Source: Pseudomonadales bacterium
GTDB taxonomy: Bacteria; Patescibacteriota; Microgenomatia; UBA1400; PJMF01
Assembly (NCBI GenBank): GCA_020632265.1
Contig: JACKFW010000001.1
Location: 465,892 to 529,891 of the forward strand
DNA length: 64,000 nucleotides
Reading direction: 5' to 3'
Numbering within the stretch: position 1 is the first letter of the stretch; the number at the start of each line of letters is the position of its first letter. The position numbers and the translations under genes are program-made. Under the pieces are notes generated by a model. That model worked only from the letters and a program-made list of their open reading frames with translations, searched no databases and was not told where the DNA came from. Below, piece by piece: positions 50,501-59,002 of this stretch.

Positions 50501-53500
50501 GGGTTTGAAAAGATTGATAGTAATTTATATGTAGTATTTCCTGGATATCCAACTTGAATTTCAGGGTTATTTCTATCTTTAATCTGTTGAATCAAATTAA
50601 CCATAGTCTCACTGTCAAAATGTGCTAGATTAGGAGAATTGAATATGTTTACTCCATTGTCTCTGAAGAAGAACCTCACAAAATTTTTAGAATAACTAGC
50701 AAGCCAGTAATTAAGGGATTCATTTCCCAGGACGAGTGCGCCAGAATTAATTAAAAACTGTTCATAGACTAAACCTAAATGATGTATGTAACCTGATTCC
50801 AAAAGTTGTGGAGACAGTCTAATTAGTTCATCATGTATTTGTGAATAAATGTTTGCCCAATCATCCCCAATGTTTGGGTTGGTTGCCAAACCTTCGAATG
50901 ATGCAACTAGGCAAGTTGGAAATTGTTGGTCAATAATACCAGATTTATGAAGATAATCCCAATAACTCTTAATCCTTTCTTTAGCCCAATTAGTAACATC
51001 GGGATTATCAAGTTGAAATTTTTGACTAGCAGCATTAAATATATTAATATATTTTAAGTGCCTGAAAATATCTATTTTCCAAAGATTTTTACCAGACTTT
51101 TTTATTCTATGGTGTTGGGCAGTTTCAAAATCAAGGAGTAGCTGAGAGTTTTTTAAACACTGTTCAACTTTTTTTCTTACCCAATCATCTTCAAAATTAA
51201 GTTTTTTTGTTAGAAAATATTCGGATAATTCAGCATAGCCATATGACATTAGGTCATCTGACTCCTCTTTAATTAATCTAATTAATTCTGTTCTTTGAGT
51301 CTCAAAAACATTATCGATCAATCCCCGCACCCACGGATCAGAAAGATCTAACCATTCCTTCTTAACCAGTTTCGTTCCCAATCTAATTAACCGTTCTCCT
51401 TTAAATGTTTCAAAGGCATGGGTTATGTGCTCTCGAATCCAAGGGTTATCTACTGTGTCTATGCCTCGAAGCAATTCCTGATAGCCTTCAAATAGACCTT
51501 GCTGAGTATTATCAGGTAGCTTTTGACCATCCCTCATCAATGTTTTTTCTAACCTAATGTATCTGTCTAACATCTCTTGTCCAAATTTAGTCTCCCAGAA
51601 AACTGAAGATATGTTATCCGCACCGAATTTTTCTTCACGTTTATCGTACATCTGAAAATAAAGATCCATATATTTGACAACTAAATCTCGACACCATTGA
51701 TGATCGAAGTCCCAAGGTAAGCCAAATATCAGCATTGGTATAGATTGAGATAACAACTGGCGCTTGATTTCATCCAATTCGTTTTTTGATAGATGACGAC
51801 CGCTTCGATCAGTACCTGTATCTAAGGCTAGTAAGTCTTGTCGAATATTTTGTTGAATGCTGTGTAGCAATTCTCTTAGAGTAGTTCGTTCCATTTCCGA
51901 TCTATCATGGTGATCTCTACGTCCATTTTCTCTCATCATCACATGCATTTCTATCACGTCCATATATCTTGAACCGCTCATAAACTCATCCATGGTTTGG
52001 TCCCAATCAAAACTTTTTTCAATATCTCGAGAGGATTCGGCAGATTCTTCAATCTGTTGAGATGCAGACCTCTGCATTGGTACAAATTCTCCCGCTTTGA
52101 TTGAGGCAAAACCCTTAAATGAAGCTGGTTGAGGATAGCCAACGTCAATGCCATTTATCAATGCATTAAGGATGTCTATGCCTTCACTAGTTTGAATAAG
52201 TCTGTCATATACAGCACGATCTAAAAATAGGACTCCTTCATGTTCAAAATGCAGCGGATGGTATTGGTCGTCATTCTTAAATTTGGCTAGATAAAGCTGA
52301 TAAACTCTGGAACCACGCCAACGATCTGACATTTCACCGATTGATCTTGGAGAAAAATCAAACAAGGCTTCGTCAACATGAACAAAACCCTCTGCATCTA
52401 GATGAGAAAAGTCATCAGTGTTTGGAACAAACTGCGCTCCTTGTTTTTTTTCAAGTATCTCTAAATCACCTTTAATTAGTGGCCTTATTCTCCGTGATAC
52501 CATCGATACAAACATTTTGTAATCTTCTGACTTAGTGTTTCCAATATCTTTAGCAATGGCTCTAAGGACAGCTGTAAGCAGATTAGCATACCTTATTCTG
52601 TCAATTGGTTCTTCAATAGCTTTGATTTGGTCAATGATAACTTCTAGATTATATTCATATTCCTTATCTTTAAGTATTCGAGTCCAACTCTCGTCCAATG
52701 TAACAGTGTCCAGCGAAATGACTGCTTTATCTGCGGGAAAGCTACCCCTTATTCTGCCTTTAATTTGATATTGCTCTACTGTAATTCCACTAACTTGAAT
52801 ACTGAATGTTGGTTCAACAGAATTTGAAGTTGTTTCTCCTACAAGGATTTGAGCATTACTTTTCCTATCTCGACGATTAAATCTTTTTGTACCACGTCCA
52901 GGAACTAAAAATTTTTCGTATAAAACTTCTGTAGCTGTTTTTTTAGGTTGAGTAAGACCTGAGCCTCGGTCTAATACAATATAACCCTCGTCAGAGAGAT
53001 AGATATAAATATTTCCTCTTGATTTTCGTGATTCGTTATTATTAATACCTCGCAACTTATCTGCTTCTTTATTTATTCGCATTTTTCTGCCATCTGCAGT
53101 GGCGCACCAAATGTTAAAGCCTTGTGAATCAGCAAAACGCCATTTGACTTCAGCAAGCAATTTATCAGCATTCATTGGAGCATCGACTCTAATAACAGTT
53201 CCATGATTCAAGTTTCCTTCTAGCCCAAAGGGTTCGAGGACCAATTTTGCCTGTCTTTGCAATTCTTGGTCAGGATTTTGATCAGGAGCAAATAAGAACT
53301 CACCGCCACTTGCGCGAACATATCCACCAGTTGTCTCTCCAGCTTGATTTTTGCTCAGTACACTAAAGCGAGCATCTCTACGTTTAGTGAGCCACTGCCA
53401 TGTTGAAACAATTCCTTTCCCAAATCGTCCAGTTGTATCTTCTAGGTGAGCATCGCGGGCATTTGTCACAGCTTCAACTACTGTTTGTTCTAGGATAGCC

Positions 53501-54117
53501 TGTTGAAAAACATGACTAGCTTCATCAAAGGGTGTGTATTCCAGTCGTCGACGTTTCAAGATATCACCATCAACTCGACCTTCTCTTTGCCATTTATCAT
53601 ATTCCGCAGCATCTCCATGCCCGCCCTCAACATAACCAATTATTTGTTTAATAGGGTAATAGGTTTGGCTCTTTGGAAGTTGACGAGCTGTTTCAACAAG
53701 TTTTCTTCGTTGAGCGAAGGGTAGCACTCCCACCAATTCTTTTAGAGTTCTTGTATCATTCTTATCTGTGGATTTAATAAGTTTTTCAATGATTCTTAAA
53801 CTTTTTAGTAAAAATGATCTTACAAATGCCTCACCAAGTACGTCGATTATCTCCTCACCTGTTGGTTGTTGATCTTTAGTGGCTTCAGTCCTTTGGCGAT
53901 AAAGAGAGAAAAGTTGCTGATTTTCAGGGTCCAGTAAATCATGGCCAACAATTAAAACGAGATCATCATTACTAGTAATGTTTTCTATGAGTCTCTGTTT
54001 ATCAAACAAAAAGCCATGATAATAATCGACAAGTCTAGGAAGCGCATCTTCTAGTTTTGTGTTTCGCTCGGCTGACCTTGTGGATGGTAAGTATTCATTA
54101 TTTGGATTATATGACAC
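47542..54117 (-). CDS. giant (2191 aa) cytoplasmic protein with GHKL/Hsp90-like ATPase domain
   Basis: An uninterrupted 6.6-kb ORF. Residues about 1600-1800 (nt about 48700-49300) carry Bergerat-fold boxes: N-box RELLQNARDAV, G1 DQGIGMD and G2 GGIGWGFGTVAL. There is no signal peptide or TM segment. Confidence 0.7.
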   Translation of the reverse strand: MSYNPNNEYLPSTRSAERNTKLEDALPRLVDYYHGFLFDKQRLIENITSNDDLVLIVGHDLLDPENQQLFSLYRQRTEATKDQQPTGEEIIDVLGEAFVRSFLLKSLRIIEKLIKSTDKNDTRTLKELVGVLPFAQRRKLVETARQLPKSQTYYPIKQIIGYVEGGHGDAAEYDKWQREGRVDGDILKRRRLEYTPFDEASHVFQQAILEQTVVEAVTNARDAHLEDTTGRFGKGIVSTWQWLTKRRDARFSVLSKNQAGETTGGYVRASGGEFLFAPDQNPDQELQRQAKLVLEPFGLEGNLNHGTVIRVDAPMNADKLLAEVKWRFADSQGFNIWCATADGRKMRINKEADKLRGINNNESRKSRGNIYIYLSDEGYIVLDRGSGLTQPKKTATEVLYEKFLVPGRGTKRFNRRDRKSNAQILVGETTSNSVEPTFSIQVSGITVEQYQIKGRIRGSFPADKAVISLDTVTLDESWTRILKDKEYEYNLEVIIDQIKAIEEPIDRIRYANLLTAVLRAIAKDIGNTKSEDYKMFVSMVSRRIRPLIKGDLEILEKKQGAQFVPNTDDFSHLDAEGFVHVDEALFDFSPRSIGEMSDRWRGSRVYQLYLAKFKNDDQYHPLHFEHEGVLFLDRAVYDRLIQTSEGIDILNALINGIDVGYPQPASFKGFASIKAGEFVPMQRSASQQIEESAESSRDIEKSFDWDQTMDEFMSGSRYMDVIEMHVMMRENGRRDHHDRSEMERTTLRELLHSIQQNIRQDLLALDTGTDRSGRHLSKNELDEIKRQLLSQSIPMLIFGLPWDFDHQWCRDLVVKYMDLYFQMYDKREEKFGADNISSVFWETKFGQEMLDRYIRLEKTLMRDGQKLPDNTQQGLFEGYQELLRGIDTVDNPWIREHITHAFETFKGERLIRLGTKLVKKEWLDLSDPWVRGLIDNVFETQRTELIRLIKEESDDLMSYGYAELSEYFLTKKLNFEDDWVRKKVEQCLKNSQLLLDFETAQHHRIKKSGKNLWKIDIFRHLKYINIFNAASQKFQLDNPDVTNWAKERIKSYWDYLHKSGIIDQQFPTCLVASFEGLATNPNIGDDWANIYSQIHDELIRLSPQLLESGYIHHLGLVYEQFLINSGALVLGNESLNYWLASYSKNFVRFFFRDNGVNIFNSPNLAHFDSETMVNLIQQIKDRNNPEIQVGYPGNTTYKLLSIFSNPESTNVDEEVLIELTNAIFEGLDYTKKHQQSKSIVLSASIPIAIKDFFSHPNIPVSVNLVRNYSQILEQIVEISQSFVIDKVEERLASHEQQNNWATTLVGETFIACCKNPSWDFSDPQVQTLFQNVMANLMKYRLKNPEMANLAITTLVKNPSLNENLQSPPQHVQQAVSQLEQAGCTFARDFFLPQGAYLPGLLPIHENAQSVAMVADRVRDLRNVLGGEFDEIQMLYQLTKISRENPELADSLCTIRIIPLLLYEEVLTPELAEQISKLAKRGQFTVPEDPFEEYAFAKIVATVIKHGASDQESLLKNVQMMMSETSLRTLFNQMYIDIVDNPGSLSRQTDEMIDFLSSDVRVLAEEAKQELSQGRLSGVTVGQMIARKKRGADPFDTTRVVEADTESVMKAVHSQSVRWDTFVRELLQNARDAVIMNGFEVEGGQIDMRMYREMEGDNITHGVFEISDQGIGMDIDVIKNKLLQFNTRDLEKAANPLVEGGIGWGFGTVALVADEIDVVAVKNGVESITRLGIVRENDMVTDIVILADEQHPSDKYPGSTVRVKLTQDLPPEWQEKIVRNAVEHYARPISELMPISYQSENLEPPQQEVIGEISYSGETATGKQRSGTLRVALAQRQDYPWADVRRRNMSLGEVEDRNFGLTDYIHPTIVQLLENQGLVLQVDVPTWLPPTRVRAGLAVSKQEIDRLKKTVAATVYRELAQRYRKGSWYVPMLANDALYNQYYRPDYDIKTEAELFDQLLAGSTQTADAIEMGKYTDESVYNLEHLLMNIKLPDGRSLNEIRQSIIDDFRNVASSGTPLSREMVETMMKFDETPVAANESLYELYRRIDLFQRATGIIVPIDIITGDRSFADKSSLRIKLSQSLDEKPFKEFVDTYIEELTHIIEAISFYSERGRNATPLVEAFIEHVRPGLWNQVRFGEMTENQALAAIRRMVLMPEERKVYMQTHTDSKATPFRFISDRLLEMAAKNYQV

Positions 54118-54350
54118 AAGATAAGTATAGCAAAATTATCTTCAATGACTTGACTATAATCTGTGTTAAAGAATTAATAAATTAAATGATATAAAATTTT
54201 TCATCTTCCTTACCCATATTTTTGTGCCAAGCAAACAAACGAATAATCCTGAGGTTGTTAAATTATTAGATCGAGATATAAAAGTTTGTATAAATGAAAA
54301 ATATATAACTCAATGGGGATATTTACTTTCACTAAGCGATGATGTTGAGG

Positions 54351-54515
54351 ATTTCCTCTCTTAGAGGACATAACACTGCGTAGGGAGGGGGATTTACCCT
54401 CGTCATGCTCAAATTTATATCTGCTTTGCGAATTCGCTTGATCGGGCATAAACTTTCTCATCCCCACTCATATCTGTAAAAAAATAGGCTTACAGCCTAC
54501 TTTTTTACAGATGCG
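54351..54515 (-). repeat. module M copy 2: tRNA-Ser(CGA) 3'-end 17-mer, conserved about 118 bp with hairpin, then a variant-B core in place of the tRNA
   Basis: 54351-54486 is nearly identical to 57741-57875. It is then followed (reverse complement) by aaagttccaatttcatcccatgctccccgca where the genuine tRNA end sits in copy 1. The listed ORF 54258..54467 is probably spurious. Confidence 0.7.
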
Positions 54516-54658
54516 GGGAGCATGGGATGAAATTGGAACTTTTTTCTCTCAATAAACATAAGCCTATATATTTTATATTGAGTTTTTAGAAACAGCGAAA
54601 TCTTTCAGATTCATAACTAATATAAAATAACAAATTTCAATTAAAAATAGTATTAATA

Positions 54659-55450
54659 TTAAATGGGGAAAGAACAAAAAGATAGATCAGATTCAATTGC
54701 CATAAAATTTATGAAGTCCTTTTTCAAATTATCAATAGAAATACCCAATTTGTTACTTAATAGTTCTATACTTTTCTCTGGCATAAGACTATTAAGTTTC
54801 AATTTATTAGTTACATCATCCATTGACAAACCTTTATGCAAACCAAAATATGCTACTCCCAAAACTAAGTTTTGGTAGTCAGGATGGACATTAATTTTGA
54901 AAGTATTTTCACCAGCTTGAGAAACACCTTCTGAATCTAATCCTAAAACAGTTCTAACCTCTTTCTCATTTATTATAGAATTTTGATTTCCCATTTTGTT
55001 ACAAAGAAGCTTAATTGCTCTAGCAGTTCTTCCATTCCCATTTTTGTATTTATGCAACAAAATTTCCATTAAATAAAATCCATTTGCAAATCTATCCCAA
55101 TCTGAATCTTCAAAAACCTTATCAACTAAAGATCTAACTATTTCATTATAAATAACTTGATCTTTTGATGGTTTTTTCCAAACAGTAAGACCAACCTTAA
55201 ATGCAATAATAGTATCTTTACTAGAATGAATATCTGTTTTTTTATCTATATTTAAAAGTTTTCTATTAAGCAAATCATCAAAACCGCTAATAATCCCCAC
55301 TAACCCTTGAATATCTCCCTCACTTAAGAAAGCTTTTAATATTTTTAAAGTGAATTGTAATGTCTCTGTCATGCGAAGAACAGATTCTTCACGAAACTCT
55401 TTTGAGTCTTGATCATATCTACTACTTATTTTTTCATCTTCATTTATCAT
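54659..55450 (-). CDS. Fic/Doc-family protein (cassette cargo)
   Basis: 263 aa with HKYKNGNGRTARA matching the Fic core HxFx(D/E)GNGRxxR, with N at the acidic position. It is preceded directly by a full junction unit. Confidence 0.6.
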   Translation of the reverse strand: MINEDEKISSRYDQDSKEFREESVLRMTETLQFTLKILKAFLSEGDIQGLVGIISGFDDLLNRKLLNIDKKTDIHSSKDTIIAFKVGLTVWKKPSKDQVIYNEIVRSLVDKVFEDSDWDRFANGFYLMEILLHKYKNGNGRTARAIKLLCNKMGNQNSIINEKEVRTVLGLDSEGVSQAGENTFKINVHPDYQNLVLGVAYFGLHKGLSMDDVTNKLKLNSLMPEKSIELLSNKLGISIDNLKKDFINFMAIESDLSFCSFPI

Positions 55451-55610
55451 AAAAATTTTTAGGTTCTAAATTCCCTACACCTATCCCAATTTTATCACAT
55501 TTCTAGCCTGGAGTTCCATCATGCGGAGGTGAAGGGATTCACGATTCGCTCGTTTCACTCACTCACATGCACTAGGCAGGCTCGCTTTGTTCGCTTGCCG
55601 TCGCGAACCA
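55451..55610 (-). repeat. junction unit whose core is the genuine tRNA-Ser(GGA) 3' end plus att flank (inverted relative to the tRNA-Ser(GGA) locus)
   Basis: The reverse complement reads ...tagtgcatgtgag...gcgaatcgtgaatcccttcacctccgca-tgatggaactccaggctagaaatgtgataaaattgggataggtgtagggaatttagaacctaaaaattttt-ATG(Fic). It is homologous to 21745-21810. Confidence 0.7.
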
Positions 55611-55639
55611 TAAATATTTAATCAACATTCAACCTACAC

Positions 55640-55707
55640 AAACGTACAAAAAAATAGGCTTACAGCCTACTTTTTTACAGACGCGGAGCATACGGGTCTG
55701 GAACCCG
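55640..55707 (-). repeat. partial module M hairpin plus variant-C core repeat (GGTTCCAGACCCnnATGCTCCGC)
   Basis: aaaaataggcttacagcctacttttttacagacgcggagcatacgggtctggaacccg. Confidence 0.6.
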
Positions 55708-55714
55708 TGCGTCG

Positions 55715-56137
55715 TTATAAATTCAAAGTGACATCTTCTAAGTTTTCAAATCTTCCATCCTGATATGGTGGATAACAAATTTCAAAAACAACTAAGTTCT
55801 CATCTGATTGCCACTGCATGATATCTCCTACTTCAATTGTGTGTGAAAATCCTTCGGTTTCTGGGCTTACTTCAAATACTAATTTTTCACCATTTGGCTT
55901 AAGTATAATAAGTCTACCCTTTCCAGAAATATAACCTTCTATTGTTTCTTGGCCAGTAAGAACTTTTTGAGGTTTAGTTTTTTTACCAGACTCAATATAA
56001 ATAACTCCCAGATCTCTTTCTTTTGTTTCTGGGTGAAGATATACGTCACAGACAACTCCAGGAAAAACTTCGGATGAAACAATAAATTTAGTTATGAGCG
56101 TTTTGTGCTTATACGTAAAGGTCTCAAGTCTTTTCAT
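55715..56137 (-). CDS. hypothetical protein, possible cupin-like (cassette)
   Basis: 140 aa, beta-rich, with no confident motif. Confidence 0.35.
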   Translation of the reverse strand: MKRLETFTYKHKTLITKFIVSSEVFPGVVCDVYLHPETKERDLGVIYIESGKKTKPQKVLTGQETIEGYISGKGRLIILKPNGEKLVFEVSPETEGFSHTIEVGDIMQWQSDENLVVFEICYPPYQDGRFENLEDVTLNL

Positions 56138-56173
56138 TGGGAATATTTTATCATGAATAAATCACACTCTTCG

Positions 56174-56275
56174 TCACTGTAGTTAGAATACTAGGATGCG
56201 GAGCATGTGGGTCTGGAACCCGGTTATCACTATAGTTCGAATCCTAGGATGCGGAGCATGTGGGTCTGGAACCCA
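56174..56275 (-). repeat. two tandem variant-C junction repeats
   Basis: gtcactgtagttagaatactaggatgcggagcatgtgggtctggaaccc and tcactatagttcgaatcctaggatgcggagcatgtgggtctggaaccc. The reverse complement core is ggttccagacccacatgctccgca. Confidence 0.7.
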
Positions 56276-56296
56276 GATATCTATGTAGCACTATTC

Positions 56297-56491
56297 TTAT
56301 GCTTCTGAAATATTTCCCATTTTTTCGTAGTTTATGAATGCCTGCTTACTTACTGTAATAGATTCATTTGTTTTATCTTGAACTACAGTATATGAATCAG
56401 AATATTCAGATTCACTAACAGATAAATATCGAAGAGGTTCTAATTTAAGTGAACCCCAATCAAAATGCTTTTTAACCTGGTATTTTTTCAT
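56297..56491 (-). CDS. small hypothetical protein (cassette)
   Basis: 64 aa, bounded by variant-C repeats. Confidence 0.3.
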   Translation of the reverse strand: MKKYQVKKHFDWGSLKLEPLRYLSVSESEYSDSYTVVQDKTNESITVSKQAFINYEKMGNISEA

Positions 56492-56502
56492 TTTTTTAAG
56501 TC

Positions 56503-56560
56503 CGTCACTGTAGTTAGAATCCTAGGATGCGGAGCATGTGGGTCTGGAACCAGTGTGTCG
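56503..56560 (-). repeat. variant-C junction repeat
   Basis: gtcactgtagttagaatcctaggatgcggagcatgtgggtctggaaccagtgtgtcgctata. Confidence 0.7.
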
Positions 56561-57229
56561 CTATAACTGATAACAATTTCCACCCACATCTACATAATTA
56601 CCGTCGTACGGCTTTGCATGAATTACTGAACCCTGCCCATGCATAATTGTTAATTCACTCTGTAGTAGATGTGCTAGCTGCATTGATCCAGATCCATTAG
56701 CTTCATCTTCAGAAATTCCCCAATCAGGAGCAAAAGTTCTGGCTCTAATGATCTTGTTTTTTTTATCTTGCCATGCCCATACTAAGGAATGTTTGTAATC
56801 TTGTATTTGTTTTTGCGTTAGATTTTCAACTTCTTCATAACTCTTAATTTGAATGTGTTGCCAATTAGGAGTAATTGACAATGGACCTCGAATCCAAAAA
56901 AAGTCATTTTGGTATATAGAAACTTTTTCATCAGAACAAATAAGATTTTTGGGTGGATTTTTAGTGTGTTGATATAAAAACCAAGCTGTTCCTAAAATTG
57001 CATGACCAGCAAATTTAACTGGTTTAAGTGGATTGAAAATTTGAACTTTACCTTGATTGATATTATCTATAAATACGGTTTCACTATAGTTTAGTTGTTT
57101 GGCAATTTTTTGACGTTGAGATGGTTCCAACTTTTCTTGCTCATCAATAATAATACCCACAGGATTACCAAAATTGTTGTCTGAGTTAACAAATACACTA
57201 ACAGTAAAAACATTTTGTTTTTCGAGCAT
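56561..57229 (-). CDS. PhzF/DapF-fold isomerase-like protein (cassette)
   Basis: 222 aa with the N-terminal FTVSVFVNSDNNFGNPVGIIID and FAGHAILGTAWFL resembling the PhzF-family signatures. Confidence 0.45.
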   Translation of the reverse strand: MLEKQNVFTVSVFVNSDNNFGNPVGIIIDEQEKLEPSQRQKIAKQLNYSETVFIDNINQGKVQIFNPLKPVKFAGHAILGTAWFLYQHTKNPPKNLICSDEKVSIYQNDFFWIRGPLSITPNWQHIQIKSYEEVENLTQKQIQDYKHSLVWAWQDKKNKIIRARTFAPDWGISEDEANGSGSMQLAHLLQSELTIMHGQGSVIHAKPYDGNYVDVGGNCYQL

Positions 57230-57261
57230 CTGAAGTCATTATATAACTACAAAGAAGATTT

Positions 57262-57323
57262 ATCACTGTAATTCGAATCCTAGGATGCGGAGCATGTGGG
57301 TCTGGAACCAGTGTGTCGCTATA
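57262..57323 (-). repeat. variant-C junction repeat
   Basis: tcactgtaattcgaatcctaggatgcggagcatgtgggtctggaaccagtgtgtcgctata. Confidence 0.7.
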
Positions 57324-57326
57324 GTT

Positions 57327-57524
57327 TTATTTGAAAATCGCAACCATACTTACCAACAAAGCTAGCCCACTAATAATTACAGCTATCCAGGATCTCAAGG
57401 AATCCATTTTTTCAGTTTCTTCGTTTACCCTAATAAGATTGAGCGTTGCCTCTATCTCATTAGGTTGTTCGCCTTGTTGTTCCAACAATTTTTTTATAGC
57501 AAGAATTTTTTTACTATCTTTCAT
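57327..57524 (-). CDS. small membrane-anchored protein (cassette)
   Basis: 65 aa with a C-terminal TM helix. The strand was chosen to match the array orientation, though a plus-strand ORF of equal length overlaps. Confidence 0.25.
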   Translation of the reverse strand: MKDSKKILAIKKLLEQQGEQPNEIEATLNLIRVNEETEKMDSLRSWIAVIISGLALLVSMVAIFK

Positions 57525-57647
57525 AGATTAACACTAATTTGCATTTGAATTCAAAAGTTGTTGTCCCGTGTGCAAATGCGCCCAGCAGAGGTAATTGTAC
57601 TTGAAATGGTACAAATGGGACAGTATAAAAAGGGAGTGTCTCACAAT

Positions 57648-57680
57648 AAAAACACCTCAGAGAATTTCTGAGGTGTTTTT
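57648..57680. terminator. bidirectional rho-independent terminator
   Basis: aaaaacacctcagagaatttctgaggtgttttt is a perfect 11-bp stem flanked by an A-run and a T-run. Confidence 0.6.
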
Positions 57681-57740
57681 ACATAGATCACCAACCCATT
57701 CAACCATATTAGACGGGTCTGACATAACTTTTCAACTATT

Positions 57741-57875
57741 GCGGAGGGAGGGGGATTTACCCTCGTCATGCTCAAATTTATATCTGCTTTGCGAATTCGC
57801 TTGATCGGGCATAAACTTTCTCATCCCCACTCATATCTGTAAAAAAATAGGCTTACAGCCTACTTTTTTACAGAC
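57741..57875 (-). repeat. module M copy 1 immediately downstream of tRNA-Ser(CGA), ending in a 17-bp direct copy of the tRNA 3' end
   Basis: Reading 5' to 3' on the minus strand, the tRNA 3' end ...ccccctccctccgc is followed by gtctgtaaaaaagtaggctgtaagcctattttttt (hairpin), then about 80 bp, then aaatccccctccctccgc (57741-57758). Confidence 0.7.
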
Positions 57876-57876
57876 G

Positions 57877-57962
57877 CGGAGGGAGGGGGATTCGAACCCC
57901 CGTGAGTAAAATACTCCCAAGCTTTTCGAGAGCTGGCCGTTAAACCACTCCGACATCCCTCC
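57877..57962 (-). tRNA. tRNA-Ser (anticodon CGA)
   Basis: Acceptor GGAGGGA/TCCCTCC, anticodon loop CTCGAAA on a 4-5 bp stem, long variable arm, and T-arm GGGGGTTCGAATCCCCC. Confidence 0.6.
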
Positions 57963-58074
57963 TCTATTTATTTTTTAAATTTTCGCTGTTAACATAACAA
58001 ATTCCACTAAAAATTTTAGTCATGATATCTAAAGCATATTTCAATTATATATAGTTAAATTTACTAAACAATTG

Positions 58075-58147
58075 TGCACCCAGTGCGACTTGAACGCACG
58101 ACCTTCTGTTCCGCAAACAGATGCTCTATCCACTGAGCTATGGGTGC
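58075..58147 (-). tRNA. tRNA-Arg with unusual anticodon GCG (predicted)
   Basis: 73-nt cloverleaf with acceptor GCACCCA/TGGGTGC, D-stem GCTC/GAGC, anticodon stem TCTGT/ACAGA, loop TTGCGGA and T-arm GTGCG-TTCAAGT-CGCAC. All stems are Watson-Crick. Confidence 0.6.
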
Positions 58148-58213
58148 AATATATTCAATGAAACTTATGTATTATACCAGAGATATTGACAAAGAATTTG
58201 AATGAGTCACGAG

Positions 58214-58819
58214 TTATGAATCAAGATCTAAAGGGACTTTCTTTTTAAGCCAAATAGCAAATTTCTCAGTAGAAGTTAATGCTGGTTTTTGTTTTAACAA
58301 AACCTCCGACAAAATTTCAGTTAATGTATCTTCGGAAGCTTCACCTAATACAAGTGTTAACCTATGAGGAAATCGAGCAACTTCAACAAATAAAAGAGTT
58401 TCATCAAACTTTTTTTCAAACCAAAATCTGCCTAACTCTTCCCAATAATATAAATTGTTCTCAGTTCTAATTCCATAATTGGTTAATTTATTTTCTATCT
58501 CATGAGGAGGAATGGTCGACATTACATATCCTAAAAATACTACCGAGATCACTACTGCTATAGTCAAGATCTGCCCAGCAAAAAATAAAATCAGTGACAG
58601 CAAGAGCGCTATTGTAATGACAGTTGTGTGATATTGCTTATTCCTTTTTTTAAATGGTCTACTTGTAGCCTTCCACTCAAAAATAACTTCCTCAGGAATT
58701 GGTTTCATAACATTTTGAAAATAATCTGAATACTGATTATCGCTTTGAGAATATTGATTATTGCTTCGTGAATTCTTATCATTGTCACCTGGTAGAAAAT
58801 CTTGTGATTCTTGATTCAT
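58214..58819 (-). CDS. hypothetical membrane protein
   Basis: 201 aa with an N-terminal Q/S/N-rich region and two TM helices. Confidence 0.4.
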   Translation of the reverse strand: MNQESQDFLPGDNDKNSRSNNQYSQSDNQYSDYFQNVMKPIPEEVIFEWKATSRPFKKRNKQYHTTVITIALLLSLILFFAGQILTIAVVISVVFLGYVMSTIPPHEIENKLTNYGIRTENNLYYWEELGRFWFEKKFDETLLFVEVARFPHRLTLVLGEASEDTLTEILSEVLLKQKPALTSTEKFAIWLKKKVPLDLDS

Positions 58820-59002
58820 AGTTTTTTTGAATTATTACATAATATACGAGTAATCATGCTTATCTTTAAGTGTACACCAAAAAAAACCACACAAAAAGAT
58901 TTAATTGAATGGTATAATGTTCACTCTTGAGGAAAGAGATGTTTTTAAAAAAACCTAAATGATATTTTTTCTCAGATCTTATATACTAAGAAGTTGATAA
59001 GT

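Noticed and set aside
47542-54117. Several 60-90 aa ORFs on the opposite strand inside the giant gene (e.g. 48041..48250, 48842..49117, 52535..52768).
   Set aside because: These are antisense to a 6.6-kb intact ORF with a recognisable domain, which is typical noise.
54258-54467. 69-aa ORF in the track.
   Set aside because: It lies entirely within module M copy 2, which is non-coding in its other two copies, so it is judged spurious.
57560-57647. Imperfect inverted repeat ttgtcccgtgtgcaaatg ... gtacaaatgggacag, considered as an sRNA or operator.
   Set aside because: It is only partially complementary and adjacent to a strong terminator, which is insufficient to call.
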